64,000 bases of DNA. Source: the human T2T-CHM13v2.0 reference genome, Homo sapiens. The position numbers and the translations under genes are program-made. The notes under the pieces are model-generated. The model saw only the letters and a program-made list of their open reading frames with translations, made no database searches and was not told the origin of the DNA. This document shows positions 44,700-57,580 of this stretch, piece by piece. The stretch's first letter is position 1; every line of letters begins with the position of its first letter. The DNA is taken from the NCBI RefSeq assembly GCF_009914755.1, contig NC_060938.1; one strand, 5' to 3'.

Positions 44700-47340
44700 C
44701 CCCTTGATTCCTCGCCCCTTCAATCCTGGCTATGGGAGAAATAGTACCATATATTGGATGCTGATTCAGAGCATTCATGGCCTTCTGTAAAACTTCACCC
44801 CAGCCCTGCAAGTATTGTCACCTAGTTGGCATCATTATTGTGACTACAAAAGGCCATTGCACCGTTCTATCAATCCAGCTGCTTCAGGATGGTGGGGAAC
44901 ATGTAAGACCAGTGAATTCCTTGAGCATGGGCCCACTGCTGCACTTCTTCAGCTGTAAAGTGAGTGCCTGGGTCAGAGGCAATGCTGTGTGGAATATCAT
45001 GACAGTGGATAAAGCATTCTATGAGTCCACGGATGGCAATTGGCAGTGGCCGTAGTCAGGTCAGCCTTGCTAAGCAGAAGTCCATGTTGGTGAGCCCATG
45101 CGTAACCTCCATCCCTCCAACCATGTCCACTTTGTTCATGGGCCCACTGGGCGATGACAGGGGTGGCTGGAGAAAGAGGCTGAGTGGCGTCCACAGAATG
45201 GGTTATCATAACCACTTGAATATTAAAATCCTCCTCTGCTGAGGCCACCCACTGGTGAGCACTCACATGGGATACAAATATCTTTGCAGCTTTTGATCAC
45301 TCAGAGAGGCCCATCCACATACCTCTTCCCCAAATTTCTTTGTCACCAATTTTCCAATCATATTTCTTCTAAGTCCCTGACTATCCAGCCAAACCACTGG
45401 CTACAGGCCATGAATCAGTGCATAATTGCACATCTGGCCATTTCTCATTGCGTGCAAAAATGCACAACCAGGAGCACTGTTCAAAGTTCTGCCCACTGGG
45501 AAGATTTCCTTTCACTGCTGTCCTTCAGGGATGTCCTAGAAAGTCGCTGTAGTGCTGCAGCTGTCCATTTTCAGGTGGTGCCTGCATATCGTGCAAAACC
45601 ATCTGCGAACCAGGCCCTAGTCTTCTCTTCCTCTGTCGACTGATCATAGGGAACTCCCTATGAGGCCGTTGGTTCAGGTTGGGGGAGAGAAGGCAGGCTG
45701 GCAGAGGTGGAGACCATGGGTATTTGAGCCAATTCCTCATGTAACTTACTTGTGCCTTCAGGACCTTCTCGAGCCTGATCACGTATACACCACTTCCATT
45801 TGATGATGGAATGCTGCTGTGCATGACCCACTTTATGGCTAGATGGGTCAGGAAGCACCCAGTTATTATAGGTAGTTCAGGTCACATGGTGACTTGATGA
45901 CCCATAGTTAAACATTCAGTTTCCACCAAAGCCCAGTAACAGGCCAAGAGCTGCTTGCTGTCTCTCAAAAGGAGGGTAGTTATCTGCATAAGATGGCAGG
46001 GCCTTGCTCCAAAATCCTAGAGGCCTCCTCTGTGATTTACCTATGGGGGCCTGCCAAAGACTCTAAAAAGCATCGCTGTCTGCCACTAAACCTATTATTG
46101 GACCTGTTGTGTCATATGGCCCAAGTGGCAGAGCAGCTTGCATAGCAGCCTGGACCTGCTGCAGAACATTCTCCTGTTCCGGACCTCACTCAAAACTGCC
46201 AGCCTTTTGGGTCACTCAATAAATGGGCTGGGGTAATATACCCAAATGAGGAATGTGTTGCCTCCAAAATTCAAATAGGCCCACTAGGTGTCGTGCCTCT
46301 TTCTTGGTTGTAGGAGGATGCAGCAACTTGTCCTTCACTTTAGAAGGAATGTCTCGACAGGCCCCACATGACTGGACCCCTAGAAATTTTTCTGACGTAG
46401 AAGGTCCCTGACATTTAGTCGAATTTATTTCCCATCTTCTGGCACACAAATGTCTCACCAATAAGTCCAGTGTGTTTGCTACTTCTTGCCCACTGGATAC
46501 AAGCAACATAAAGTCATCAATTTAATGGACCAGTGATATCTTGTGGAAGCAAGTTCTCTCCAAATAACATCATGACACAAAGCCAGAGAGTTGATATACC
46601 CCTGAGGTAGGGCAGTAAAGGTATATTACTGGCCCTGCCAGCTGAAGGCAAATTGCTTCTGGTGGGCCTTATGGACAAGAATGGAGAAAAAGGCATTTGC
46701 CAAGTCAGTGGCTGCATACAAAGTACCAGGAGATGTGTTAATTTGCTCAAGCAATGAAACCACATCTGGTACAGAAGGTGCAATTGAAGTCACCACTAGG
46801 TTAAGCTTACGGAAATCCACTAATCCACTGTCATTCTCCAAGATCTATCTGTCTTCTGCACAGGTCAAATAAGAGTTGAACAGGGATGTGGTGGAAATCA
46901 CCATCCCTGCATCTTTTATGTCTTTGATGGTGGTACTAATCTCTGCAATCCCTCCAGAGATGCGATATTGCTTTTGATTTACTATTTTTCTAGGTAGAGG
47001 CAGCTGTAATGGCTTCCATTTGGCCTTTTTCTATCCTAATAGCCTTCATCCTACCTGTCAGGGAGCCAATGTGGGGGGTTTTTCCAGCTGCTAAGTGTAT
47101 CTATGCCAATTATGCATTCTGGCATTGGGGAAATGACCACAGGATGAGTCCAGGGACCCGCTAGACCCACCATAAATTGGACCTGAGCTAAAACCCCATT
47201 AATTACCTGACATCCGTAAGCCCCTACTTTAACTGGAGGACCACAATGACGTTTTGGGTTCCCTGGAATCAACGTCAGCTCAGGCCAGTGTACAGTAGTC
47301 CCCAAAATGTCTGATCATTTCCCTTTCCCCAATGCACAAT
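44700..47340 (-). pseudogene. pol: HERV-L pro-pol remnant (protease, RT, RNase H, integrase)
   Basis: VISPMPECIIGID (PR), DFRKLN and DLANAFFSI (RT), FLGV, WAHEQSGHG (integrase HH); frameshifted. Confidence 0.88.
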
Positions 47341-47451
47341 TACCCTGGTAAAAGGCCAGATGTCTCTTTGGGGAAGGATGGGAGAAAGATTCACAGCATA
47401 AATTGTAAGTAATGTAGTGGGGTTCTTTCTCAAGGGGACCTGGCCTCATCT

Positions 47452-49150
47452 TCATTTAAGGGGTTCTGGGTCTGTAAACTGGCTCAAGACTGGAAATTGA
47501 TTGAGGGGCCATGATTCTCTGTTTTTATAATTCAAATTAGTCTTTTGTCCATTCGACCTAGAAGTTTTCTGCTTGTATAAATTAAGCAAAAATGCAGTAG
47601 GCTTCCTATTAATTTCACTTCTAGGAACACCATTATTAATTAGCCAATGCCAGAGCTCTACACAAATCAGACTGTTCTGATCGTCACTTTGCCTCTGCTG
47701 TCCATTACAGTAGCTATGCCCACCTTGCCTTTGATGGTTGAGTGCCACCACTTGGTCCCTGCCACCTCGGGATCCAATTATTCCCATTGTATTTAAATTT
47801 TGTATTGAGTGACTATGGTTCCCACTGTTAGATCTGACATACAGAGAAGGGCAATTACAGGTCTCTTCAAAGATGTAGGTGCTGCCCTCACAAATCTATT
47901 TCCCAAGGCATTGATCAAGGGTATATCTTCTGGACCCTGCCAGCTGGGATGAGTAGGTCTAAAGTGAATAATCCACTGTACCATCCCAATCTTCCTAAGC
48001 CTTTGGATCCCTTCCTCTACATTAAACCAAAGGAGATCAGGCATTTCTAGCTCACTCGTAGTAGGCCATCTTTTAATCTATATTTTAGCTAAACAAGCAA
48101 ATAAACTATTAGAACCTTTTTTAACTCCCCCAGCTGAAACATTAAATGAACAATCCCTACTTAGTGGGCCCAAATCAATAAATTCAGCCTGATCCAACTC
48201 TATGTTCCTTCAACCATTATCCCACACCCTTAATATCCATTCCCATGCCTGTTCTCCAGATTTCTGTTTAAACTCAAGCAATTCTTTTTGGGTGTAGAAC
48301 ATCTCATGGGTCACACTCTCAACCTCACCTCTAGAGGCTCGCCTGGACTTTAGTCTAGTTATAGGTCTAGAAGGAAACAGGGGTGTTGGTGGTGGCTCCT
48401 GAAGATAATCAACTTTACCTTGCCTGGAAACTGCCTCAAGGGAGGCCATCACTGTTGCCTCAGGCAGCACAGGGTTTATCTCCTCAGACAAAGGTGGAAA
48501 GGCTGATGGCAGTGTGGGTCAGGGAGGGGATATTGTCTCTACTGGGGATGGGGAAGCTGTTTCCTCTGGCCGAAAAGTTTCATCAGAGTTTACAAACTCA
48601 GTGTCCCCAGCTTCATTAGGGTCCTCCCACACGTCCCCATTCCAAGTTGCAGGGCCCCATTCTTTTCTAATCAAAGCGCTCACTTTAACAGTGGACACCT
48701 GGTGAGGCTGTGCATGCATCTTTCATTACAGGTCAGCCTACATGATAAGGGTTTGTGTCTGTTTTTCCACAATTTCAGCTCTTTCTCTACAGGAAGATAA
48801 GACTCTCACTCAGGGCAGTCTTAGCAGATTTGAGGCTCAGTATCTGCTTCTGAGGCCGGGAGATAGAATCCCTGAGTTCATTATTTTCTTTCATCACTTT
48901 TTCCACTGAACTTAGGAGCAACCAACCAGCTTCATTATGTTCCTTGGTTCTCCACATATGGTCAAAGGTATTACATGTAGAGTCACTAAAATCCTTGCCT
49001 CTCAGGAGCGATGAATCAGGAGTGTCAAATGCATTTATTTTGCATATTTCTCGAACAGTTCATGCCAAGGATTATCAGTGTTCTCCATGCTATTAGAAGT
49101 AGAGTTCTTAGCATTTTTGGCATCTAATATTAAGCAGCCAACACCAGAAA
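47452..49150 (-). pseudogene. gag: HERV-L gag remnant
   Basis: PATWNGDVWEDP, QKSGEQAWEWILRVWDNG, WFNVEEGIQRLR fragments. Confidence 0.8.
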
Positions 49151-49222
49151 TTCCAAAACCAATGAAAGAACTACATCCTTAATATTCTGTTCCTCTAGAA
49201 GACCACTTCTGGTACCAACATC

Positions 49223-49661
49223 TGTATCAGGGTTCTCTAGAGGGAAAGAACTAATGGAACACACATATATACATAAAGGGGAGTTTATTAAGTATTAACT
49301 CACACAATCACAAGGTTCCACAATAGGCTGTCTGCAGGCTGAAGAGTAAGAAGAGCCAGTCTGAGTTCCAAAACTGAAGAACTTGGAGTCGGATGTTCCA
49401 GGGCAGGAAGCATCCAGCACAAGAGAAAGATGTAGGCTGGGAGACTAGGCCAGTCTCTCTTTTCCATTTTTCTGCCTGCTTATATTCTAGCCACCTGGCA
49501 GCTGATTAGATTGTGCCACCCAGATTAAGGGTGGGTCTGCCTTTCCCAGCCCACTAACTCAAATGTTAATCTCCTTTGGGAACACCCTCACAGACACACC
49601 CAGGATCAATACTTTGTATCCTTCAATCCAGTCAAATTGACACTCAGTATTAACCATCACA
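49223..49661 (-). repeat. MLT2A1 5' LTR
   Basis: Minus strand starts TGTGATGGTTAATACTGAGTGTCAA; adjacent to the PBS. Confidence 0.92.
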
Positions 49662-49763
49662 TATGTCTTTGCTATTGTGAGTAGTGTGGCAATGTACATA
49701 CAATAGCATGTGTTTTTTCTAGTATGATGACCTAAATTCCTTTCGTTATATACCCAGTAATGG

Positions 49764-50345
49764 TGAGGGACTAAGTGGCTAAGTTGGCTGGACTTCCTGG
49801 GTCAATAGGGACTTCCCTAAGGGGACTATCCCCTAAACCCAAATAAGTCACAGCTGCAAGCTAAGGGATTTAAACTTCAACCAATCAAAGGGGACTTTCC
49901 CCTAAGCCAAAATGAGTCACAGCTGCAAGCTAAGGGATTGAAACTTCAACCAATCATATAGGGAGTTTAAGGTCTAGCTACAGCCTGATGTTTTTAACCA
50001 ATCAGGCCCATCAACCCACAAGTGGGTTGAAAATAAGCTAATTGTATTGGACAGAAAAAGGAAAAGGGGGGGGTCATAAGGCGATATAAGCATAAGACAC
50101 CCAAGCCAGAAACAGCAACCCTTCTGGGTCCCCTTCCACCACGCAGAAGCTTTACTTTCGCTTTCACTTTACTTTTGCTTTCACTTTAACAAATCTTGCA
50201 GCCGCACACTCTTTGGGTCCGCCCGTTTCTCTAATCAAGTTGTAACACTCGCTGCTGTGGTCCACAGCTTCATTCCTTGAAGCCCGTGAGACACGAACGC
50301 TTCCATTGAGAAAAACCTTCCATCAGAAGAAGACTTCTCGTCTCA
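49764..50345 (+). mobile_element. ERV1-class solo LTR (HERV9/W/15-related; exact family uncertain)
   Basis: TGAG...CTCA ends, TSD ATGG/GTGG inside L1 sequence, GCTGGACTTCCTGGGTC, CCAAT boxes, TATA-like GATATAAG. Confidence 0.85.
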
Positions 50346-51343
50346 GTGGGACTGCTGAGTTGAATGGTACCTCTGTTTTAAGTTCTCTGAAAAGTCTCCA
50401 AACTGCTTTTTATAGTGGCTGAACTAATTTTCATTCTCACCAGCAGTGTATAAATGTTCCTTTTTCTCTAGACTCGCCAGCATATGTTGTTTTTTGACTG
50501 TAGAGTAATAGCCATTGTAACTGGTTTAAGATGATATAGCATTGTGGTTTTGATTTGCATTTCCCTGATGATTAGTGATGACAAGCATTCTTTCATGTTC
50601 GTTGGCCGCTTGTATGTCTTCTTTTAAGAAGTGTCTGTACATGTCCTTTGCCCATTTTTTAATGTATTCTGTTTTTTGCTTGTTGTAAGTTCCTTACAGA
50701 TTCTGGATATTAGGCATTTGTTGGATGCATAGTTTGCAAATATTTTCTCACATTCTGTAGGTTTTCTGTTTACTCTATTGGTAGTTTCTTTTGCTGTGCA
50801 GCAGCTCTTTAATTAGGTCCCACTTGTCAATTTTTGTTTTTGCTGCAATTGTTTTTGGGGACTTAGCCAAATTTTCTTTGCCAAGGCCAGTGTTGAGAAG
50901 GATATTTCCTAGGATTTTTATAGTTTGAGAGCGTACATTTGAGTCTTTAATTCATCCTCAGTTAATTTTTGTATCTGGTGAAAGGTAGGGATCCAGTTTC
51001 AATCTTCTGCATACTAACCAGTTATCCCAGCACCATTTATTGAATAGAGTGTCCTTTCCTTGTTGCTTGTTTTTCTTGGCCTTGTTGAAGATTGGATGGT
51101 TGTATAGTCACAGTTTACCTTGTATCTGGGATCTCCTAACCTCCTAAATAATTTTTTAAAAATTTGCATACATTACGGTTAAGTTTTTGTGCTCTAGACT
51201 TTTATGGGTTTTGATAAATGCATAATATCATCTATCCACCATTGCAGTATCATACAGAATAGTTTCACCACTCTAGGAAATCTCTTGTGCTTCACCTACT
51301 CAAATCTGTGTCTGTGAACCTCTAGAAACCACTGATATCTTTA

Positions 51344-51575
51344 TTTTCTTTATTTTTTCATTTTTAGAGACAGGGTCTTGCTTCATTTCCCAGTCTGGAG
51401 TGCAGTGGCACCATATATATGGCTCACTGCCACCTTTACTTCCTGGGCTCAAAGGATCCTCCTGCCTCAGCCTCCCAAGTAGCTGGGACTACAGGTGTGC
51501 ACCACCATGCCCAGCTAATTTTTAATTTTTTTTGTAAAGCCAGGGTCTTGCCATCTTGCCCAGGCTGCTTTCAAA
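51344..51575 (-). mobile_element. 5'-truncated AluJ
   Basis: GAGACAGGGTCT, CCTGGGCTCAAAGGATCCTCC; TSD TGATATCTTTA at 51333 and 51576. Confidence 0.85.
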
Positions 51576-52683
51576 TGATATCTTTACCCTCTCTATAAGT
51601 TTGCTTTTTCCAGAATGTAATATAATCATGCAGTATGCAGCAGTCCTTTCATGCTGGCTTCTTTCATTTAGCAATACACATTTAAGAATCATCTATGTCC
51701 TTGTACAGCTTGATAGCTCATTCTTTCCTATCTCTGAATAGTATTTCATTGTATGGATATACCAGAGTTTATTCATTTCTGTGTTGAAGAACATCTTGAT
51801 AGCTTTCAGTTTTTGGTGATAATTTTATAAAATTCTATAAACATTCATGTGAAAGTTTTCTGTAGTTAAAATTTCTCAAATCATCTAGGTAAATATCTAA
51901 GAACCCAGTTGCTGGATTACAAGGTAAAAATATGTTTAGCTTTGTTAGAAACTGCTAAGTTATCCATCAGAGTGGTTGTACCATTCTGCATTTTCTCCGG
52001 TGATGAATGAGAGTTCTTGTTGCTCCTCATCCTAACCAGTATTTAGTATTAGCATATTTTGGTTTTTAGCCCTCTTAATACATGTACAATGTTATCTCAT
52101 TATTATTTTAATTTTTATATACCTAATGACAACCAATGTTGAGCATCTTTACATGTACTTATTTGCCATATATATGGTGGTATCTGTTTAGAACTTTTGC
52201 TTACTTTTTAATTGAGTTGTATTTTATTCTTGAGTTTTAAGCATCACTCTGTATATTTTGGATGTATTATTTTTATTTTTTCTATCTTTTTTTTTTTTTA
52301 CCAGATATGTGTTTCACAAATATTTTTTTCTCATTCTATGGCTTGTCCTTTAACTCTCTTAATATTTCTCAAAGAGCAGATGTTTATAATTCTAATAAAG
52401 TCTTACTTTTTTTTCATGTATTGTGCTTTTGGTGCTGTATTTAAAAACTCATCGACAAATCTAAGATTCCATAGATTTTCTCTTTTCTTTTTCTTTTAGA
52501 TGTTTTATAGTTTTTCATTTTAAAGTTAGGTACTTGATCAATTTCAACTTAATTTTTGTGAAAGCTGTAGAATATGTGCTAGGTTCTTTTTGTTTTAATT
52601 TGAGTATCCAATTGTTTCAGCACTATTTGTTTAAAATGTCAACATTTGCTTCATCGACTTGACTTTGAATCTTTGGGAAAAAT

Positions 52684-53650
<967 letters not shown>

Positions 53651-53872
53651 AATTCATTTGAATATATGTTTGGGCCTATTTATAGGCTCTCTGTTTTGTT
53701 CCACTGATCTATGTGGTTTTTTTTTGGTGAGGTGAGGTCAATGCTATGTGGTCTTAATCATTGTAGCTTTACAGTAAGTCTTAAAATAAGATAGTGTGAA
53801 TCCTCAACATTATTCCTCTGTTCCTGCAGGATTGTGTTGGTTATTCTGGATCTTCTGCCTTTTAATTTTTCC

Positions 53873-54596
53873 TATAGAGGCAAAAGGAAAGCTTCTCTTC
53901 TGCTCTCTGAGGATTTGCTGCTGAAAAAAACTGACAATAGATAGATTAACAAAAGAAAGTCATATAACTCTATTAATGTGCAGAAGCATGGGAGCCATGG
54001 AAAATATGAGTCTCAAAGAAGGGCCAGATGGCTGCAGCTTAAATAACACTCTTCATAGGGGAGAGGGAGATGGGAGTGCAGGCAATTTAGAGTATAGGCA
54101 ATGATGTTTAGAGAAATAAATTAGCCTAAAAAAAGACAAAGTTCTTTTGAGATCTGGGCGAGGTGGTGGCAAGTTATGAGAAGGTGATGAGATGTTCACC
54201 ATGAACAAAATTTGTCTTATTATGCAGATAGTGTCCCTGGTAATCTCTTGGAGCTTCCCTCAGAAGTCTAGATGAAAAATCTCTCTGAGCGTGGTGATGA
54301 CTTCAGATCTAGTCTCTTCTCCAGTGGTTAATCTTTCCCTGTTTTCTGTTGAAATTTCTAGGAAGTGTGTTTTAAGACAATTTCATGACTTCTGGAGGAA
54401 CTTTTTTAATCAGATAAGGGAACTTGAGAGAAAGGTTTTCCTGAGGCTTCAATAAAGGAAGGGGTAAGGGGGGCCAGAGATTAAAGAGAGGCCATGGTCC
54501 TGAGGCTTATTTCTGAGGCCTTTCAACATTTTTTTTTCAAAGCACTCAGCATGCCAAACTGCCATATTTTGGGTTGTCATTTTCTGAACCCCAATA
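53873..54596 (-). mobile_element. MER4-group ERV1 solo LTR (LTR47/48-like)
   Basis: Minus strand starts TATTGGGGTTCAGAAAATGACAACCCAAAATATGGC..GGCATGCTGAGTGCTTTGAA. Confidence 0.65.
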
Positions 54597-54714
54597 AAAC
54601 TTTAGAATCAGCTTATCAATATCTCCAAAATAGTGTACTAAGATTTTCTTTGAGATTCAATTGAATCACTTGAGAGAGTTTGGAAGAATTGTCATCTTAA
54701 GAATATTGAATCTT

Positions 54715-55062
<348 letters not shown>

Positions 55063-55305
55063 TTACACAACTCTTTGATTTTTTCATCATTGTTTTGTGT
55101 TTTTTGGTCTATAGATCCTAAATATATATGTATGGTTATATTTGTATGTGAATACTTCATTGTTTCAGTTTGGGGGAGGCTATAATAAATGCCTCTTTTT
55201 AAAAAAAATTATAAATCCCAATTGTTCTTTGCTTGTATGTAAACATGGAATTGACATTTGTGTAATAACCTTGCATTTGTGAACTTCTATAATTGCCTAT
55301 TAATT

Positions 55306-55533
55306 CTCACTGCAGCCTCCGCCTTTGGGTTCAAACAAATCTCTTGCCTCAGCTTCCTGAGTAGCTGGGAGTACAGGCGCATGCCACCAAGCCTGGATAA
55401 CTTTTGTATTTTTAACAGAGATGGGATTTCACCAGGTTGGCCAGTTTGGTCTCGAACTCCTGACCTCAGGTGATCCACCTGCCTCGGCCTTCCAAATTGC
55501 TGGGATTACAAGCGTGAGCCACTGAGCCCAGCC
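55306..55533 (-). mobile_element. 3'-truncated, tailless AluSx/Sz
   Basis: Intact 5' end, stops at GCAGTGAG; 17-bp flanking repeat (15/17 identical). Confidence 0.88.
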
Positions 55534-57522
55534 ACTTGCCTATTTATTCTAAGTTGCTGCTGTTCATAGTTGCTTTGATTTTCCACATAGAAAATCATGT
55601 CATCTGTGTATTAAGACAGTTTTATTTCTTTTTTTCCAATTTGTATACCTTTTATTTATTGTTCTTACTCTTTTGTATCAATTAGTATTTCCAATACAAA
55701 ATTGAAAAGTAATGACAAAACATCCTTGTCTGTTCCTGATCTTAAGGAAAAATTTTCCAGACACCCACCACAAAGTATGATGCTAGCGGTAGGAGGTTTT
55801 GTAATTTTAAAACACCAAATTAAGGAAGGCCCTCTCTATTCCTACTTTGATGTGTGTTTTCATGCTGAATGGGCATGGATTCTGTCACATAATTTTTTCG
55901 TTTCAATTGATACAAGCACATAATTTTTCTGGGTCTGTTACATTAGTTGATTTTTTTGAATGTGAGTTAACCTTGCATACTTGAAATAAACTTTCTGGGT
56001 TGTAGTGTATTACTGTTTTTATACATTCTCTTCAATTTGTTATTATTTAGTTGAGAAATTTTGCTTCTGTTCTTAAAGGATATTGGTCAGTAGTTTTCTT
56101 TTCTCTTAATGTCTTTATCTGCTTTTGGTAGGAGGGAAATGCTGATATTATGTAATAAGTTAGGAAGTGGCCCTTCTGTTTCTGTTGTGGAGAAATGGCA
56201 TTATTTGTTTCCTAAGTGTTTGGTAGAATTCATTAACTGAAACCATCTGTTTCTCAGGCTTTCTTTTTTTAAAGTTATGAAATATTGATTGAATTTATTT
56301 AATAAATACAGGACAATTCTCATTTTCCTTTGTATAAATTTTGATAGTTTGTCTTTCAGGAGGTTTAGCTATTTAAGCTTTGTTATCAAATATGTTAGCA
56401 TAACATTGTTCATTATAATCTTTTTTTTCTTCTTTTCATGTCCATGGGTTCAGTAGTAATGACTCTTTTATTTCTGATATTGATAATTTCTGTCTTCTCT
56501 TTTTTATCTTGGTTAGCCTGGCTATAATTTTGTCAACTTTACTGAACTTTGCAAAGAAAAATATTTTGGTTTGTTTGATTTTTATCTATTATTTCTCTCC
56601 TTTTGATTTCTGTTACTTCTGCTCTAATCTTTATTAATTCTTTTATTCTGCTTGTTTTAGGTTAAGTTGCCCTTATTTCTATGGTTTCTTATAGTAGAAA
56701 GGTTATTGATTGTAGATATTTCCTCTATTCCAAGATATGCATTTAATTCTATGAATTTTGAAGCACTATTTTCACTGCATTCTCAAGTTTAATAATTGCA
56801 TTTTAATTTTCCTTTATTTTAAACTATGTAAATGTTCTCTTGAGACTTTTTATTTGACCCATATGGTATTTAGAAGTATATTATATAATTTTCAAATACT
56901 TGGAAATTTCTCAGCTAAATTTCTGTTATTGACTTGTAGTTTTGACTGCACCTGTTATCTAAGATTAAACTTCATATTATTCTTATTTTTTAATAAGTAT
57001 TTTTGATTCTTCTTTCCATTCCTTATGATGTTGCTAGCATTCATTTCTTTTATTCATATGCTTGAATCACCAAATAAATTGTTATTATTATTACTTTAAA
57101 CAAATAGTTACTTTTTTGGTCATTTAAGAAAAAGTAAAACAAAATATTTTATTTTATCTTTATTTATTTATTCCTATCTTTTCTAGATACACATTTCTGA
57201 CATAGCATTTCCTTCTGTTTGAAGAACATCTTTTAACATTTCATGCAGGAAGTTCTGCTGCCAATAAAATTCTTTATTTCTTCTTCACTCTTCAAGGATA
57301 ATTTTGCTGATTATAGAATTTTAGTTTGGTAGTTTCTTTAAATATTTTAAGTATTTCACTTTACCCTCTTCTTGCTTGTGTGATTTTCGATAAGCCTGCT
57401 TTTATCCTTAAAATTGTTCCTCTATAGGTAAGTTTTTTGTTTTTGTTTTAGATCTGGCTACTTTCAAGTTGTTCTTCCTATCTTTAGTTTTCTGCAGTTT
57501 GAATTTTATATGCTTTGGAGGA

Positions 57523-57524
57523 GT

Positions 57525-57579
<55 letters not shown>

Positions 57580-57580
57580 C
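57523..57580. repeat. (TG)n(CG)n microsatellite
   Basis: Directly visible. Confidence 0.95.

Larger units (their letters stand above)
43331..49661 (-). mobile_element. HERV-L provirus with two MLT2A1 LTRs (gag-pro-pol-dUTPase, no env), defective
   Basis: TG...CA LTR ends; 5-bp TSD TATGT (43326-43330, 49662-49666); PBS-like TGGTACCAGAAGTGG after the 5' LTR; PPT AAGGGGTAGA before the 3' LTR. Confidence 0.95.
42922..51106 (-). mobile_element. 5'-truncated L1PB/L1PA16-like element split by HERV-L and an ERV1 LTR
   Basis: Segments 42922-43330, 49662-49763, 50346-51106; TSD GTCACAGTTTAC(A/C)TT at 42907-42921 and 51107-51121. Confidence 0.85.

Noticed and set aside
43779-49222. Functional HERV-L or domesticated gag/dUTPase
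   Set aside because: All genes are broken into short fragments and integrase is deleted; the 101-aa dUTPase piece has degenerate motifs
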